Assembly: GCA_031409275.1 (NCBI GenBank)
Contig: JANNXA010000045.1
Location: 32,001-96,000, forward strand
Origin: Planctomycetota bacterium
Lineage (GTDB): Bacteria; Planctomycetota; B15-G4; SIAN01
Direction: 5' to 3'
DNA length: 64,000 nt
Within the stretch, counting starts at the first letter, position 1, and each line of letters opens with the position of its first letter. This document shows positions 41,019 through 50,347 of this stretch, piece after piece. A program made the translations under genes and the position numbers. The notes under the pieces were generated by a model. The model ran no database searches, was not told the origin of the DNA, and worked only from the letters and a program-made list of their open reading frames with translations.

Positions 41019-41360
41019 ATGAAGACCCTGCTTGCCGCCTTTGCCGCTCTCGCCTTCGCCGCACCCACCGCCGACGCGGCGCCCGACGTGCGCTTCCAAT
41101 TCGACGCCTGCCACGGACCGGTGCTGCGAATCGGCTCGCCGCGCTTCCGCGTCGAATTCGGCGGCCGCCGCCGGCCGGTCCACCACCACTGCTGGCGCGT
41201 CGTCTGCGAGCAGGAGTGGGTCGCGCCGCTCTATCAGACCTGCTTCGCCGGTTACGACGCGTGCGGCCGGCCCATCTACCGGCAGATGCTGGCGCGCGCG
41301 GGATACTGGCAGACCGTCCGCTACCAGGTCTGCGACTGCGGCCAGCGCGTGCGCTGCTGA
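41019..41360 (+). CDS. Small secreted His/Cys/Trp-rich protein
   Basis: GAGGAG RBS; signal peptide; HHHCW...EWVAP...GYWQTV...CDCG. Confidence 0.75.
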   Translation: MKTLLAAFAALAFAAPTADAAPDVRFQFDACHGPVLRIGSPRFRVEFGGRRRPVHHHCWRVVCEQEWVAPLYQTCFAGYDACGRPIYRQMLARAGYWQTVRYQVCDCGQRVRC

Positions 41361-41427
41361 TCGGAACGGATCGTGCCGGCCGGCGTCCCGCTTCCCAGCG
41401 GTGGCGCCGGCCGGCATGCTCCCGCCG

Positions 41428-41712
41428 ATGGCTTCGCGCACGTTCGCTCTCGCGGCCGCTGCCGCGCTGCTCCTTTCGAGCGGCGCGTTCGCCGACGCCG
41501 TGCCGACGGCGCCAACGCGCGTCGACGACAAGCCGCATCGCCACACCTGGGTGAAGCAGACGCGCAAGGAATGGGTGGCGCCGGAGAAGAAGCTGGTTCA
41601 GGTCGGCACCGACGCCGCCGGCAAACCGATCTTCGAGCTGCGCATCGTCAAGCCGGGCTTCTGGCGGACGGTCGCCTACTTCAGCTGCAGCTGCGGCGCC
41701 ACGCGCGACTGA
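41428..41712 (+). CDS. Small secreted protein, paralog of 41019..41360
   Basis: Signal peptide; HRHTW...EWVAP...GFWRTV...CSCG. Confidence 0.7.
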   Translation: MASRTFALAAAAALLLSSGAFADAVPTAPTRVDDKPHRHTWVKQTRKEWVAPEKKLVQVGTDAAGKPIFELRIVKPGFWRTVAYFSCSCGATRD

Positions 41713-41814
41713 CGACCCCGACGGCCCCGAGGGACACCCCCGGGAGCGCGAACTCGACTCAACTCGACCCGCCGCCGCGCACGATGAGGCTCGCAGAACC
41801 GCGCGGAGCCTGAC

Positions 41815-42231
41815 TTGGAATCAACGCGAGCCGAACCGTCGTCGACCGCCGCGACGCCGCACGCCACCGGGGATGCCCTGATGGCGGTGGCCGAAGGCGA
41901 TCCGCAACATCAGCCGTCCGAAGCGACGCTGAATCACATCTTCACCTGCGAGCACTGCAGCGGCAGCGTGCGCGAGATCCGGGCCGGACTCGCGACCCTC
42001 GCGACTCCAGCGCCGAGAAGCACGTCGGCGACGGTCCCCTTGAAGGTGCCCACCCAGGCCGCCGCGCCAGGTTCAGGCCTGGTCGACCCCGACCCGCTGC
42101 TGGCTTCGTTGCGGCAGAGCGAGGACGACTACGACCGCTCTCGACGTCTCATCGTGAAGGTGGTCGTCGTCGGCATCCTGCTCGTGTTTGGAATGCTGTG
42201 GATGCGCTCGTTCGCGGCCGGACTGCACTGA
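41815..42231 (+). CDS. zf-HC2 (ZAS) anti-sigma-like membrane protein
   Basis: HIFTCEHC (HxxxCxxC) and a single C-terminal TM helix. Confidence 0.55.
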   Translation: MESTRAEPSSTAATPHATGDALMAVAEGDPQHQPSEATLNHIFTCEHCSGSVREIRAGLATLATPAPRSTSATVPLKVPTQAAAPGSGLVDPDPLLASLRQSEDDYDRSRRLIVKVVVVGILLVFGMLWMRSFAAGLH

Positions 42232-42249
42232 CGCCGACCGCGACCGCTC

Positions 42250-42555
42250 TCAAGGGCGCGCGCGCGCCATCACCGTGATCCGTCGCGCCGCGAGGCGGTA
42301 ATGACGCGGCACGGTCACGTAGCGCATGCGCAGCTCGAGGCACACCTCGCCTCCCTGCACCGCTTCGACGCGCAGCCATTCCGCGACGCCCGTCGCACCA
42401 TCCCACGGCGCGAGCAGCGTCGTCGCCACCACGCCGAACGCCTCGATCCGCGTGCGCTCGAAGTCGAGGAGCACGCGACTCCCGACCACATCGATCTCGA
42501 TGCGTTCGAGCGCCTCGCCGGCGAGCAGCGTCGCGCCGGCGACCCACCGCGTCAT
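42250..42555 (-). CDS. Hypothetical protein
   Basis: C-terminal part of the track ORF, last gene of the minus-strand operon. Confidence 0.45.
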   Translation of the reverse strand: MTRWVAGATLLAGEALERIEIDVVGSRVLLDFERTRIEAFGVVATTLLAPWDGATGVAEWLRVEAVQGGEVCLELRMRYVTVPRHYRLAARRITVMARARP

Positions 42556-42569
42556 TGCAGGCCCGTCGC

Positions 42570-42995
42570 TCACGTCGACGTGGCCGGAATCAGCGCGGCG
42601 GTGAAGCGGGCGCGGTAGCGATCCGGCAACGGCGTCGGCTTCAACGTGTCGAGCGCGACGCAGACGACGGCGACGCGCGCGCGTGCCCGCACGTCGTCCT
42701 GCGGCCCGCGGACTTCGTAGCGGAACACCGAGGAGGACTTGCCGATCTGCTCGACGGCGACACTGACCTGCAGCACCTCGCCGAACCGCATCGGCCGCAC
42801 GAACTCGACCTTGAGATCGACCGCCGGAAAGCCGAGGTTCTCGCGTTCGAGCACGGTGGCGTACGGCACGCCGACGAACCCCTCGAAGAACTCCTCGAAC
42901 GCGACATGCAGCCAGTGGACGACGCGCGGGTAGTAGGCGATGCCAGCGCGATCGACGTCGGAGAAGCGGACCTTGATCGGCGTCTGAAAGGCCAT
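42570..42995 (-). CDS. Acyl-CoA thioesterase (4HBT/hotdog)
   Basis: VRFSDVDRAGIAYY, EFVRPMRFGE. Confidence 0.85.
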   Translation of the reverse strand: MAFQTPIKVRFSDVDRAGIAYYPRVVHWLHVAFEEFFEGFVGVPYATVLERENLGFPAVDLKVEFVRPMRFGEVLQVSVAVEQIGKSSSVFRYEVRGPQDDVRARARVAVVCVALDTLKPTPLPDRYRARFTAALIPATST

Positions 42996-43732
42996 CACGG
43001 CGCTCCCATCTCTTCCGCGAGGATCGCGCCGAGCTCGGCGATGTAGGTCCGCCCCGCGGCCGGATCGGCGGCCGCGGGCGCGCCGAAGTAGGCGTGCGGA
43101 CCGCCCGCCGCGAGGAAGGTCTTCTGCCCGGCGGCGAGCGCCGCCCCGAGCGAGATCGGGTTGTCCGCGAGCGCGCGACGCGTCCCCTCGCGCACCAGTT
43201 CGGGCCGCGCGGCCAGGACGATCGACCCTTCGTACGAACCGGCGTGGCACGCCCCGCTGACGAACTCGGCGCCCAGCCGCTTGGCGTAGAGCCCGCGCAC
43301 CACGTCGGGGCAGACCGTCCGCAGGCCCGCCGCCGTCGCCTCTTGCGCTGCGGCACGCAGCGCGCGGCGGTGATCGGGCTCGAGGTGGCCGTTGGCGAGC
43401 CCGAGTCGCCCGCAACCCAGGCGCGCCAGCGCTCGCGCAAGGTCACCGATCAACGCCTGCAGCGTCGCCGGCGCGATCGAAAGCGTGCCGAAGAACTCCG
43501 CCGCGCATTCGGTGACGCCGTAGGCGAGCGATGGCAGCAGCGCCACCGCCTGCCCCTGCGCTTCCAGCAGCGACGCGGCATTCATCGCCATCGCCTCGGC
43601 GATGATCACGTCGCTCCCAAGCGGCAGATGCGGCCCGTGCGCCTCGGTCGAACCTACCGGCAGCAGCGCGACGAATCCCGGCGCCAGCGCACGCTTCGCC
43701 TCGCTCCATGGCACGTCGGCAAGTCGGATCAT
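42995..43732 (-). CDS. Creatininase family amidohydrolase
   Basis: PVGSTEAHGPHLPLGSD, NGH, HAGSYEGS. Confidence 0.85.
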   Translation of the reverse strand: MIRLADVPWSEAKRALAPGFVALLPVGSTEAHGPHLPLGSDVIIAEAMAMNAASLLEAQGQAVALLPSLAYGVTECAAEFFGTLSIAPATLQALIGDLARALARLGCGRLGLANGHLEPDHRRALRAAAQEATAAGLRTVCPDVVRGLYAKRLGAEFVSGACHAGSYEGSIVLAARPELVREGTRRALADNPISLGAALAAGQKTFLAAGGPHAYFGAPAAADPAAGRTYIAELGAILAEEMGAP

Positions 43733-45324
43733 CGGGCGACTCCGCGACCACGTTGCTTCAGCTCGGCGCGCGCGATCTTGCCGCGATCGTTGCGCGGCAG
43801 CTCGGGAAGGAACTCGATCCGACGCGGCGCCTTGTAGTGCGAGAGGCAACGCTTCGCGTGATCGATCAGCTCGGCCGCGAGCGCGGGACTCGGCGCATGA
43901 CCGGCGTGCAAGGCGACGAAGGCAAGCGGCGTTACGAGGCCACGCTCGTCCTCGCAGCCGACGACGCAGCATTCGCGGACCGCGGGATGGGCCAGCAAGC
44001 CCTCCTCCACTTCGCGCGGGGCGACCCAGATGCCCGCCACCTTGAGCAGGTCGTCGGCTCGCCCCTCGTACCAGAAGCGGCCATCGCGGTCGCGGCGGAA
44101 CAGATCGCCGCTGACGCACGTATCGCCCTTGAAGGTCGAGCGCGACTTCGCCGCGTCCTGGAAATAGCCCTGCGCGGCGGACGACCCGCTGACGTGCAGC
44201 GTGCCGACTTCGCCGTCCGCCACCGCGACGCCATCCGCGCCGACGATCTGCGCCGTGTATCCGGGCACGACGCGGCCAAGCGACCCGGCCACCACGTCGC
44301 CGGGGTAGTTGCTGATGTAGATGTGGAACATCTCCGCCGAGCCGATGCCGTCGAGGATGTCGACGCCGAAGCGGCGCTTGAACTCGACGGCGAGGTGCGG
44401 CGGCAACGCCTCGCCCGCTGAAAGGACGAGGCGCAGCGAGCGAAACGCCGCCGTGACGCGCGCCGCATCGAGCTCGAGAATGCCCGCCAGCGTCGTCGGC
44501 ACGGCCGCGAGCAGCGTCGGCTGATGGCGCAGCGCCTGCGCGAGCACCGTCTCCGGTTTGCTCGGCTCGGGGAACAGCGCCGTGGTGGCGCCGACCGCGA
44601 ACGGGAACATGAGGTTGGTGCCGGTGGCGTAACCGAAGAAGAGCTTGCTCACCGCCATGGTGACATCGCTCTCGCGCAGCTGCAGCACCTGCTTGGCGTA
44701 GTGGTCGATGTTGAAGGCGAAGTCGGCGTGATAGTGGAGCGCCGCCTTCGGCTTGCCCGACGTGCCGGAGGTGAAGAGCCAGCCGCAGAGGTCGTCGCGA
44801 TGGGAGTCAAACGGTGCGGCGGCTGGCGTTTCCGCGGCGATCGCGGCGTCCCACGGCACCGCCGCGAAGCCGCCGCGCGATTCGACGCAGGCGTCGGCCC
44901 CCGGCCCCACCACGACCACGGCTCGCAGGAAGCGAGCGCCACGCGCGGCCGCAACGAAAGCGGGCCACGCGTCGACGTGGACCATGGCGACCGGCGCACG
45001 CGAGTAGTCGAGGTAGTAGCCGTACTCCTCGGCCGAGAGGCGCGGGTTCACCATCGCGAAGACCCCGCCCGCGCGCACGACGCCGAGCCACGTCGCGACG
45101 AACTCGGGCCCGTCCGGCAGGATCAGGAGCACGCGCTGCTCGTGCAGATGGCCGAGACGCGACAACAGCGCCTGCACGCGCGCCGCGGCATCGCCGACCT
45201 GCGCGTAGGTGAGCTCGCGCGCGTCGGTGCGCACCGCCACCTTGTGCGGCCGCGCGGCGAGGTTCGGGTCGAGCAGCCAGCTCGCCAGGTTGAACCGTTC
45301 CCGGTAATCGACCATTCCCGCCAT
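43729..45324 (-). CDS. Benzoate/2-aminobenzoate-CoA ligase family protein
   Basis: FTSGTSGKPK, KLFFGYA, SAGEALP, DGIGSAE, GRADDLLK, GKI. Confidence 0.9.
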   Translation of the reverse strand: MAGMVDYRERFNLASWLLDPNLAARPHKVAVRTDARELTYAQVGDAAARVQALLSRLGHLHEQRVLLILPDGPEFVATWLGVVRAGGVFAMVNPRLSAEEYGYYLDYSRAPVAMVHVDAWPAFVAAARGARFLRAVVVVGPGADACVESRGGFAAVPWDAAIAAETPAAAPFDSHRDDLCGWLFTSGTSGKPKAALHYHADFAFNIDHYAKQVLQLRESDVTMAVSKLFFGYATGTNLMFPFAVGATTALFPEPSKPETVLAQALRHQPTLLAAVPTTLAGILELDAARVTAAFRSLRLVLSAGEALPPHLAVEFKRRFGVDILDGIGSAEMFHIYISNYPGDVVAGSLGRVVPGYTAQIVGADGVAVADGEVGTLHVSGSSAAQGYFQDAAKSRSTFKGDTCVSGDLFRRDRDGRFWYEGRADDLLKVAGIWVAPREVEEGLLAHPAVRECCVVGCEDERGLVTPLAFVALHAGHAPSPALAAELIDHAKRCLSHYKAPRRIEFLPELPRNDRGKIARAELKQRGRGVAR

Positions 45325-45353
45325 CTCCCGCGCGTGCGCCTCGCCGGCTGCGA

Positions 45354-46613
45354 TCAGTAGCTCGCGCCGCCTTGATGCTCCTCGTAGGCGCGCGTCTTCA
45401 TGACGTCCACCACCGCGTCGACGCAAAGCTGCAGCTCCTCGTCGCGGTTGTAGAAGTGCGGCGACACGCGGATCCCGGCCCCGGGCCGGAAGTCGACCAG
45501 GATGTTGCGCGCGGCCAGCGCCTTCACGACCGCGGCGCCGAGCCGATCGTCGAGCGGACCGGCGCGCGAACCGTCGCGCAGCGGAGTCGGATCGAGCGTG
45601 ATGGTGCCGCCGCGGCGCGCCGGGTCGATCGGCGAGGTGACGCCGAGCCCGCGCGCGAGTGCCGTCGATCGCAGCAGTTCGGTCTGACGCTGCGACTTGC
45701 GCCGGATGGCGGCGACGCCGACCGCGCGGATCGCCTCGTAGCCGGGCCGCGCCGCGAACAACGCCGGGATGGCGGGGCTGCCGTGCAGGTAGCGGTAGCT
45801 CGACTTGGCGTAGCGAATCGGTCCCGGCACGAAATCGAACGGCGCCTCGTGCGCCATCCAGCCGGTCACCTTCGGCTCGAAGCGATCGCGAAGGTCGGGA
45901 CGGATGTAGAGCCAGCCGGCACCGGGCCCGCCGCACAACCACTTCACCGAGCCGCCGCACGCGAAGTCGACGTGAAGATCGCGCAGCGAGAAGGGCACCG
46001 TGCCCGCCGATTGGTAGCAGTCGAGCACCACCATCGCGCCGACCGAATGGGCCTTCTTGATGATGGCCGCCGCGTCCTGCAGGTAGGCGCTCTTGTAGAG
46101 GACATGCGAGATCGGGACGAGCAGCGTCTGCTCGTCGATGGCGTCGAGCAGCAGCTCGGTCGGAACCGTCATGCCATCGGGCGAGGCGACTTCGCGAATG
46201 ACCGCCCCTTCGCGCTCGCGCGCCTCCCAGACGTACATCACCGTCGGGAAGTTGAGCGACGTGTAGACGATCTTGTTGCGCGGCGGCTTGTAGTCGAAGC
46301 AGCTCGCGACGATCGACTGGCACATCGAGACGTTCTGCTGCATCACGATCGAGCCATGCGGCGCGTCGAGGATGTCGCACAGCAGGTCGCCCACCGAACC
46401 GGGCATCGCCCACCAACCCTCCGCCCACGACCGGATGCCGCGCTGCGCCCACATCCGCGCGTACTCCTGCATCGAGTCGAAGACGCCGCGTGGCATCGCG
46501 CCGAGCGAGTGGCTGATGAGGTAGGTCGTGTCGGCCAGGATCGGATAGTCGGCGCGCCGCGCGAGCAGCGCCGCTTCGTCGGCCGCGGTGGAGTCGGTCG
46601 GCTGCGGGGTCAT
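45354..46613 (-). CDS. kynU: Kynureninase-like class V PLP enzyme
   Basis: YLISHSLG, NFPT, DCYQSAG, GSVKWLCGGPG, GWMAH, RVSPHFYN. Confidence 0.75.
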   Translation of the reverse strand: MTPQPTDSTAADEAALLARRADYPILADTTYLISHSLGAMPRGVFDSMQEYARMWAQRGIRSWAEGWWAMPGSVGDLLCDILDAPHGSIVMQQNVSMCQSIVASCFDYKPPRNKIVYTSLNFPTVMYVWEAREREGAVIREVASPDGMTVPTELLLDAIDEQTLLVPISHVLYKSAYLQDAAAIIKKAHSVGAMVVLDCYQSAGTVPFSLRDLHVDFACGGSVKWLCGGPGAGWLYIRPDLRDRFEPKVTGWMAHEAPFDFVPGPIRYAKSSYRYLHGSPAIPALFAARPGYEAIRAVGVAAIRRKSQRQTELLRSTALARGLGVTSPIDPARRGGTITLDPTPLRDGSRAGPLDDRLGAAVVKALAARNILVDFRPGAGIRVSPHFYNRDEELQLCVDAVVDVMKTRAYEEHQGGASY

Positions 46614-46966
46614 GAATTCGCTCCGGGTGCGATCGGTGCGCGGCCGGTCAGATCCGCATCGGGGATGCGCAGGCGCTCGACGACTCTGCCGGCGGCGAGC
46701 GCGTCGACGATCTCGTCGACGTCGGCCAGCGTGACCCCGCCGTACCAGATCTGCTCGGGATAGATCACGACCACCACGCCGTGCGCGCATTGATCGAGGC
46801 AGCCGGCGGAGTTGGCGCGCGCCAGCCCTTTCAGGCCGCGCGCTTCGAGGCGCTCCTTCAGACGGGCGCGCACGGCGGCCGCGCCGCGCGCGGCACAGCA
46901 ACCGCGCGGCGCTTCGGGCGACCGCACGTTCTCGCAAACGAAGAGGTGATGTTCGAACCGTCCCAC
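46610..46966 (-). CDS. Thioredoxin-like [2Fe-2S] ferredoxin
   Basis: HLFVC, GCC, AGCLDQC, VIYPEQIWY. Confidence 0.85.
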   Translation of the reverse strand: MGRFEHHLFVCENVRSPEAPRGCCAARGAAAVRARLKERLEARGLKGLARANSAGCLDQCAHGVVVVIYPEQIWYGGVTLADVDEIVDALAAGRVVERLRIPDADLTGRAPIAPGANS

Positions 46967-47016
46967 GTGCGCTCCTCACGGCGCCGGCGTGGCGCCCTGT
47001 CCTTCCGACTCGTCGC

Positions 47017-48207
47017 TCAGGTCGCGAGCTGGTCGCCGGCGAGCGCGCCCTGCAGCAGCTCGCGGGCGAGGATCAACCGCTGGATCTCGCTGGTTCCTTC
47101 GTAGATGCGCAGCGCCCGGACCTCGCGGTGGAGCCGCTCGGCGATGTGGCCTTGCACGACACCGCGCCCGCCATGCAGCTGCACGGCGCGATCGACGATG
47201 CGCGAGGCCGCCTCGGTCGCATGCAGCTTGGCGAGCGAAGAGGCCGCGCCGGCCACCGACTTCGCGGCGCCGGAATCGCTGCCTTGCTGATCGATCAGCC
47301 ACGCCGCCCGCAGCACGGCCAGGCGCGCGAGCTCGAGCTCGACGAAGCAGTCGGCGAGATCGGCCTTGGTCAGCTGGAAGTCGGCCAGCGCTTTCCCGAA
47401 CTGGCGGCGCGCCTTGACGTGGCGGCGCGCCTCGCCGAGCGCCCGCGTCGCCAGCCCGATCGCGGCGGCGCCGACGCTGGCGCGGAAGCGGTCGAGCGTG
47501 GCCATCGCGATCTCGAGCCCTTGCCCTTCGGCGCCCAGGCGCGCGCTCGCTGGAACGCGGCACTCCTTCAGCACGAGGCGGCCGATCGGGTGGGGTGCCA
47601 GCACGACGAACCGCTCCGCCACGGCGAAGCCGGGCGTGCCGGGCTCGATCACGAAGGCGACGTGGCGACCGTCACCGTCGAGCTGCGCGAAGAGGCAGTA
47701 GTAGTCGGCGATGCCGGCGTTGGTGATCAACGTCTTCTCGCCCTCGAGCACGTAGTCGTCGCCGTCCCGGCGCGCGCTCATGCGCATGCTGCGCGCATCG
47801 GAGCCCGCCTCGGGCTCGGTGAGCGCGAAGGCCGGGATCAGCGCGCCGAAGGCCGCCGCCTCGAGCCAGCGCGACTTCTGCTCGGCAGTGCCGGCCAACC
47901 GGATCGGACAGCTTCCGAGTCCCTGCAGCGCCAGCATCGTGTCGGCGAAACCGGAGATGCAGGCGACTTCGCTGCGCGCCACGCAGAGGCTGCGCGCCTC
48001 GCCCATCACGCTCTCGTGGAGGAGCCGCGTGCCGGCGAGCACCTTGACCGCCGCGCGCGCCGCCGCCGACTCATCGATTCGGCCCGCGGCGAAATCGTCG
48101 TCGATCGCCGTGAGCGGTGCAGCAAGCTTCTCGCGCGCGAAGCGGGCGAGTTCGTGATGCCGTTCGTCGAGGAACGGCGTCGGCAGCTCGGGCACGCGGG
48201 CGATCAC
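47017..48207 (-). CDS. Acyl-CoA dehydrogenase
   Basis: FALTEPEAGSD, GEKTLITN, RRQFG, QLHGG, IYEGTSEIQ. Confidence 0.9.
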   Translation of the reverse strand: MIARVPELPTPFLDERHHELARFAREKLAAPLTAIDDDFAAGRIDESAAARAAVKVLAGTRLLHESVMGEARSLCVARSEVACISGFADTMLALQGLGSCPIRLAGTAEQKSRWLEAAAFGALIPAFALTEPEAGSDARSMRMSARRDGDDYVLEGEKTLITNAGIADYYCLFAQLDGDGRHVAFVIEPGTPGFAVAERFVVLAPHPIGRLVLKECRVPASARLGAEGQGLEIAMATLDRFRASVGAAAIGLATRALGEARRHVKARRQFGKALADFQLTKADLADCFVELELARLAVLRAAWLIDQQGSDSGAAKSVAGAASSLAKLHATEAASRIVDRAVQLHGGRGVVQGHIAERLHREVRALRIYEGTSEIQRLILARELLQGALAGDQLAT

Positions 48208-49031
48208 GGCAGCTCCTCCGGGTCGCGGGCGCGCACGAAGCGCGGCGCACGCTTCTCGACGAACGCGCGGTTCGCCTCGGCGAAGTCGGCGTGGCCCATG
48301 CACAGCGCCTGTGCTTGCGCCTCCGCTTCGATGGCGCTCGCGAGGTCCATCGAAAGCTCGCGGTTCAGCATCTCCTTGGTCGTCTGCAACCCCATCTGCG
48401 GGCCGGCCGCAAGCTCGGCGGCCAGTTCCTGCGCGCGCGCCGTCAGGGCGTCGGCCGCAACGACCTCGTGGTAGAGCCCGATCTTCAGCGCCTCTTCGGC
48501 GGCGAGGAAGTGGCCGCGCATCAGCAGGCTGGTGGCGTGGCCGGTGCCCACGAGGCGCGGCAGCAGGAACGCCGCGCCCATGTCGGCTCCGGCGAGGCCG
48601 ACCTTGGTGAAAAGGAAGGCGATCTTCGCCGTCGTTGCGGCGATCCGAAAATCAGCGGCGAGCGCCATCACCGCGCCGGCGCCGCAAGTCGTGCCGTTCA
48701 GCGCCGCGACGATCGGCGTACGCAGCTGCCGCATGTTCAGGATCAACTCGCCGGTGAGGCGCGTGAAGCGCAGCAGCTCCTCCGCCTTCATCGCCAACAG
48801 CGGCTGGATGATGTCGAGCGCGTCGCCGCCGGAGCAGAAGGCGCGACCGCTGCCGGTCAGCACGACGCAGCGGACGGTCGCCCGCTGCTGCAGCGCGCGA
48901 AACGTGTCGGCGAGTTCGCGGTAGCTCGCGAAGGTCAACGCGTTCAACCGCTCGGGGCGGTCGAGGCGGATCGTGGCGACACCATTGGCGTCTTCGTCGT
49001 AGCGGAAGGTGTTCGGCTGCGGTCGGCTCAT
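48204..49031 (-). CDS. Enoyl-CoA hydratase/isomerase family protein
   Basis: DRPERLNAL, AFCSGGD, GAGA, GADMGAAFLLPRLVG. Confidence 0.9.
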   Translation of the reverse strand: MSRPQPNTFRYDEDANGVATIRLDRPERLNALTFASYRELADTFRALQQRATVRCVVLTGSGRAFCSGGDALDIIQPLLAMKAEELLRFTRLTGELILNMRQLRTPIVAALNGTTCGAGAVMALAADFRIAATTAKIAFLFTKVGLAGADMGAAFLLPRLVGTGHATSLLMRGHFLAAEEALKIGLYHEVVAADALTARAQELAAELAAGPQMGLQTTKEMLNRELSMDLASAIEAEAQAQALCMGHADFAEANRAFVEKRAPRFVRARDPEELP

Positions 49032-49041
49032 CGCGCCCGTT

Positions 49042-49488
49042 TTACGGTGCGCGACCCGGTGGCGGATCTGCAGGCAGCGCCGCCGTCGCCTCGATCTCGA
49101 CTTTCGCGCCCGGTTCGAGCAGCCCTTTCACCTCGATCAGCGTCGCGGTCGGAAAGACCCGACCGAGCACCGCCCGATACGCGACGCCCACTTCGGTCAG
49201 CGCCCGGCGGTACTCCTCCTTGTCGGTCACGTAATAGGTGAGGCGCAGCAGGTGGTCGGGCGCCCCACCCGCCGCCGCGAGCACCGCCGCCACGTTCTTC
49301 AGCGCCTGGGCGAACTGGGCGGCGAAGTCGCTGCTCACCAACTGTTCGCGCTCATCCCAGCCGATCTGGCCGGCGATGGCGAGCAGGCGCGCGCCCGCGG
49401 GCGCGAGGCGACCGTTCGAGTAGCCCTTCGGTCGCGGCCAGCCCGGCGGATCGATCGAGGTCGGCAGGTCATCGCGGCGCGCGCTCAT
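49042..49488 (-). CDS. RidA/YjgF family protein
   Basis: PKGYSNG, IAGQIG, VEIEATA. Confidence 0.9.
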   Translation of the reverse strand: MSARRDDLPTSIDPPGWPRPKGYSNGRLAPAGARLLAIAGQIGWDEREQLVSSDFAAQFAQALKNVAAVLAAAGGAPDHLLRLTYYVTDKEEYRRALTEVGVAYRAVLGRVFPTATLIEVKGLLEPGAKVEIEATAALPADPPPGRAP

Positions 49489-50282
49489 CCGGCGAGCTCT
49501 CCGCCATCGAGCGGCAGGGCGGCGCCGTTCATCGACGCGGCCCCTTCGTCGAACAGGAAGGCGATCGCGGCGGCAACCTCCTCCGGTTTGACGAGGCGGC
49601 GCTGCGGGACGCGCGCGAGGATCCGATCGAGCGCCTGGTCGGCCGACAAGCCGGTCTTGGCGGCGATGCGCCCGAGCGAGCGGCGCGTCATGTCGGTGTC
49701 GACGTAGCCGGGGCAGACGGCGTTGACCGTGATCCCCTTGCCGCCGTACTCGATCGCCGCGGCGCGCACCAATCCAAGGACCGCGTGCTTGCTGGCCGTG
49801 TAGGCGGCCACGTAGGAAGCGCCGGTCAGCGCGGCAATCGATGCCACCGCCACGACGCGGCCGAAGCCGCGCGCCACCATCTCGGGCAGCACGGCGCGCA
49901 TGGGCCGGAAGACCCCCCAGAGGTTCACCGCCAGCGTGCGCTCGAGGAGTTCGTCGCTCGTCTTGTGCAGCGGCGCGCTCTCGGCGACGCCCGCTGAAAG
50001 GAGCAGCCCGTCGAGCGGACCGCAGAACTCGGCAGCGGCCTGCATCGCGGTGGCGACCGACGCCGCATCGGCGACATCCATCTCGACCGCGCAGACGCGC
50101 AGCGGACCGTGTCCGGCGCCGGCGCGCTCGACATCGAGCTTGGCCGCGGCCAATGCGTCACCGTCGCGCGCCGCCAGGACGAGCGCGAGTTCGCGCCGAG
50201 GACCTGCGGCGAGGGCGCGGGCGGCCGCGAGTCCGATGCCGCGACTGCCGCCGGTGACCAGGATCGACCGCGCCGCGAGCAT
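49485..50282 (-). CDS. Short-chain dehydrogenase/reductase
   Basis: TGGSRGIG, YTASK, NAVCPGYVDTDM. Confidence 0.9.
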   Translation of the reverse strand: MLAARSILVTGGSRGIGLAAARALAAGPRRELALVLAARDGDALAAAKLDVERAGAGHGPLRVCAVEMDVADAASVATAMQAAAEFCGPLDGLLLSAGVAESAPLHKTSDELLERTLAVNLWGVFRPMRAVLPEMVARGFGRVVAVASIAALTGASYVAAYTASKHAVLGLVRAAAIEYGGKGITVNAVCPGYVDTDMTRRSLGRIAAKTGLSADQALDRILARVPQRRLVKPEEVAAAIAFLFDEGAASMNGAALPLDGGELAG

Positions 50283-50304
50283 CGCGCATCCTCCGAAACG
50301 AACA

Positions 50305-50336
50305 CGGCCCGCAGGTGGAGAGCCACCTGCGGGCCG
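50305..50336 (-). terminator. Perfect 14-bp hairpin, likely terminator of the lipoprotein gene
   Basis: CGGCCCGCAGGTGG-agag-CCACCTGCGGGCCG followed on the minus strand by TGTTCGTTT. Confidence 0.6.
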
Positions 50337-50347
50337 CGCGACTTCGT

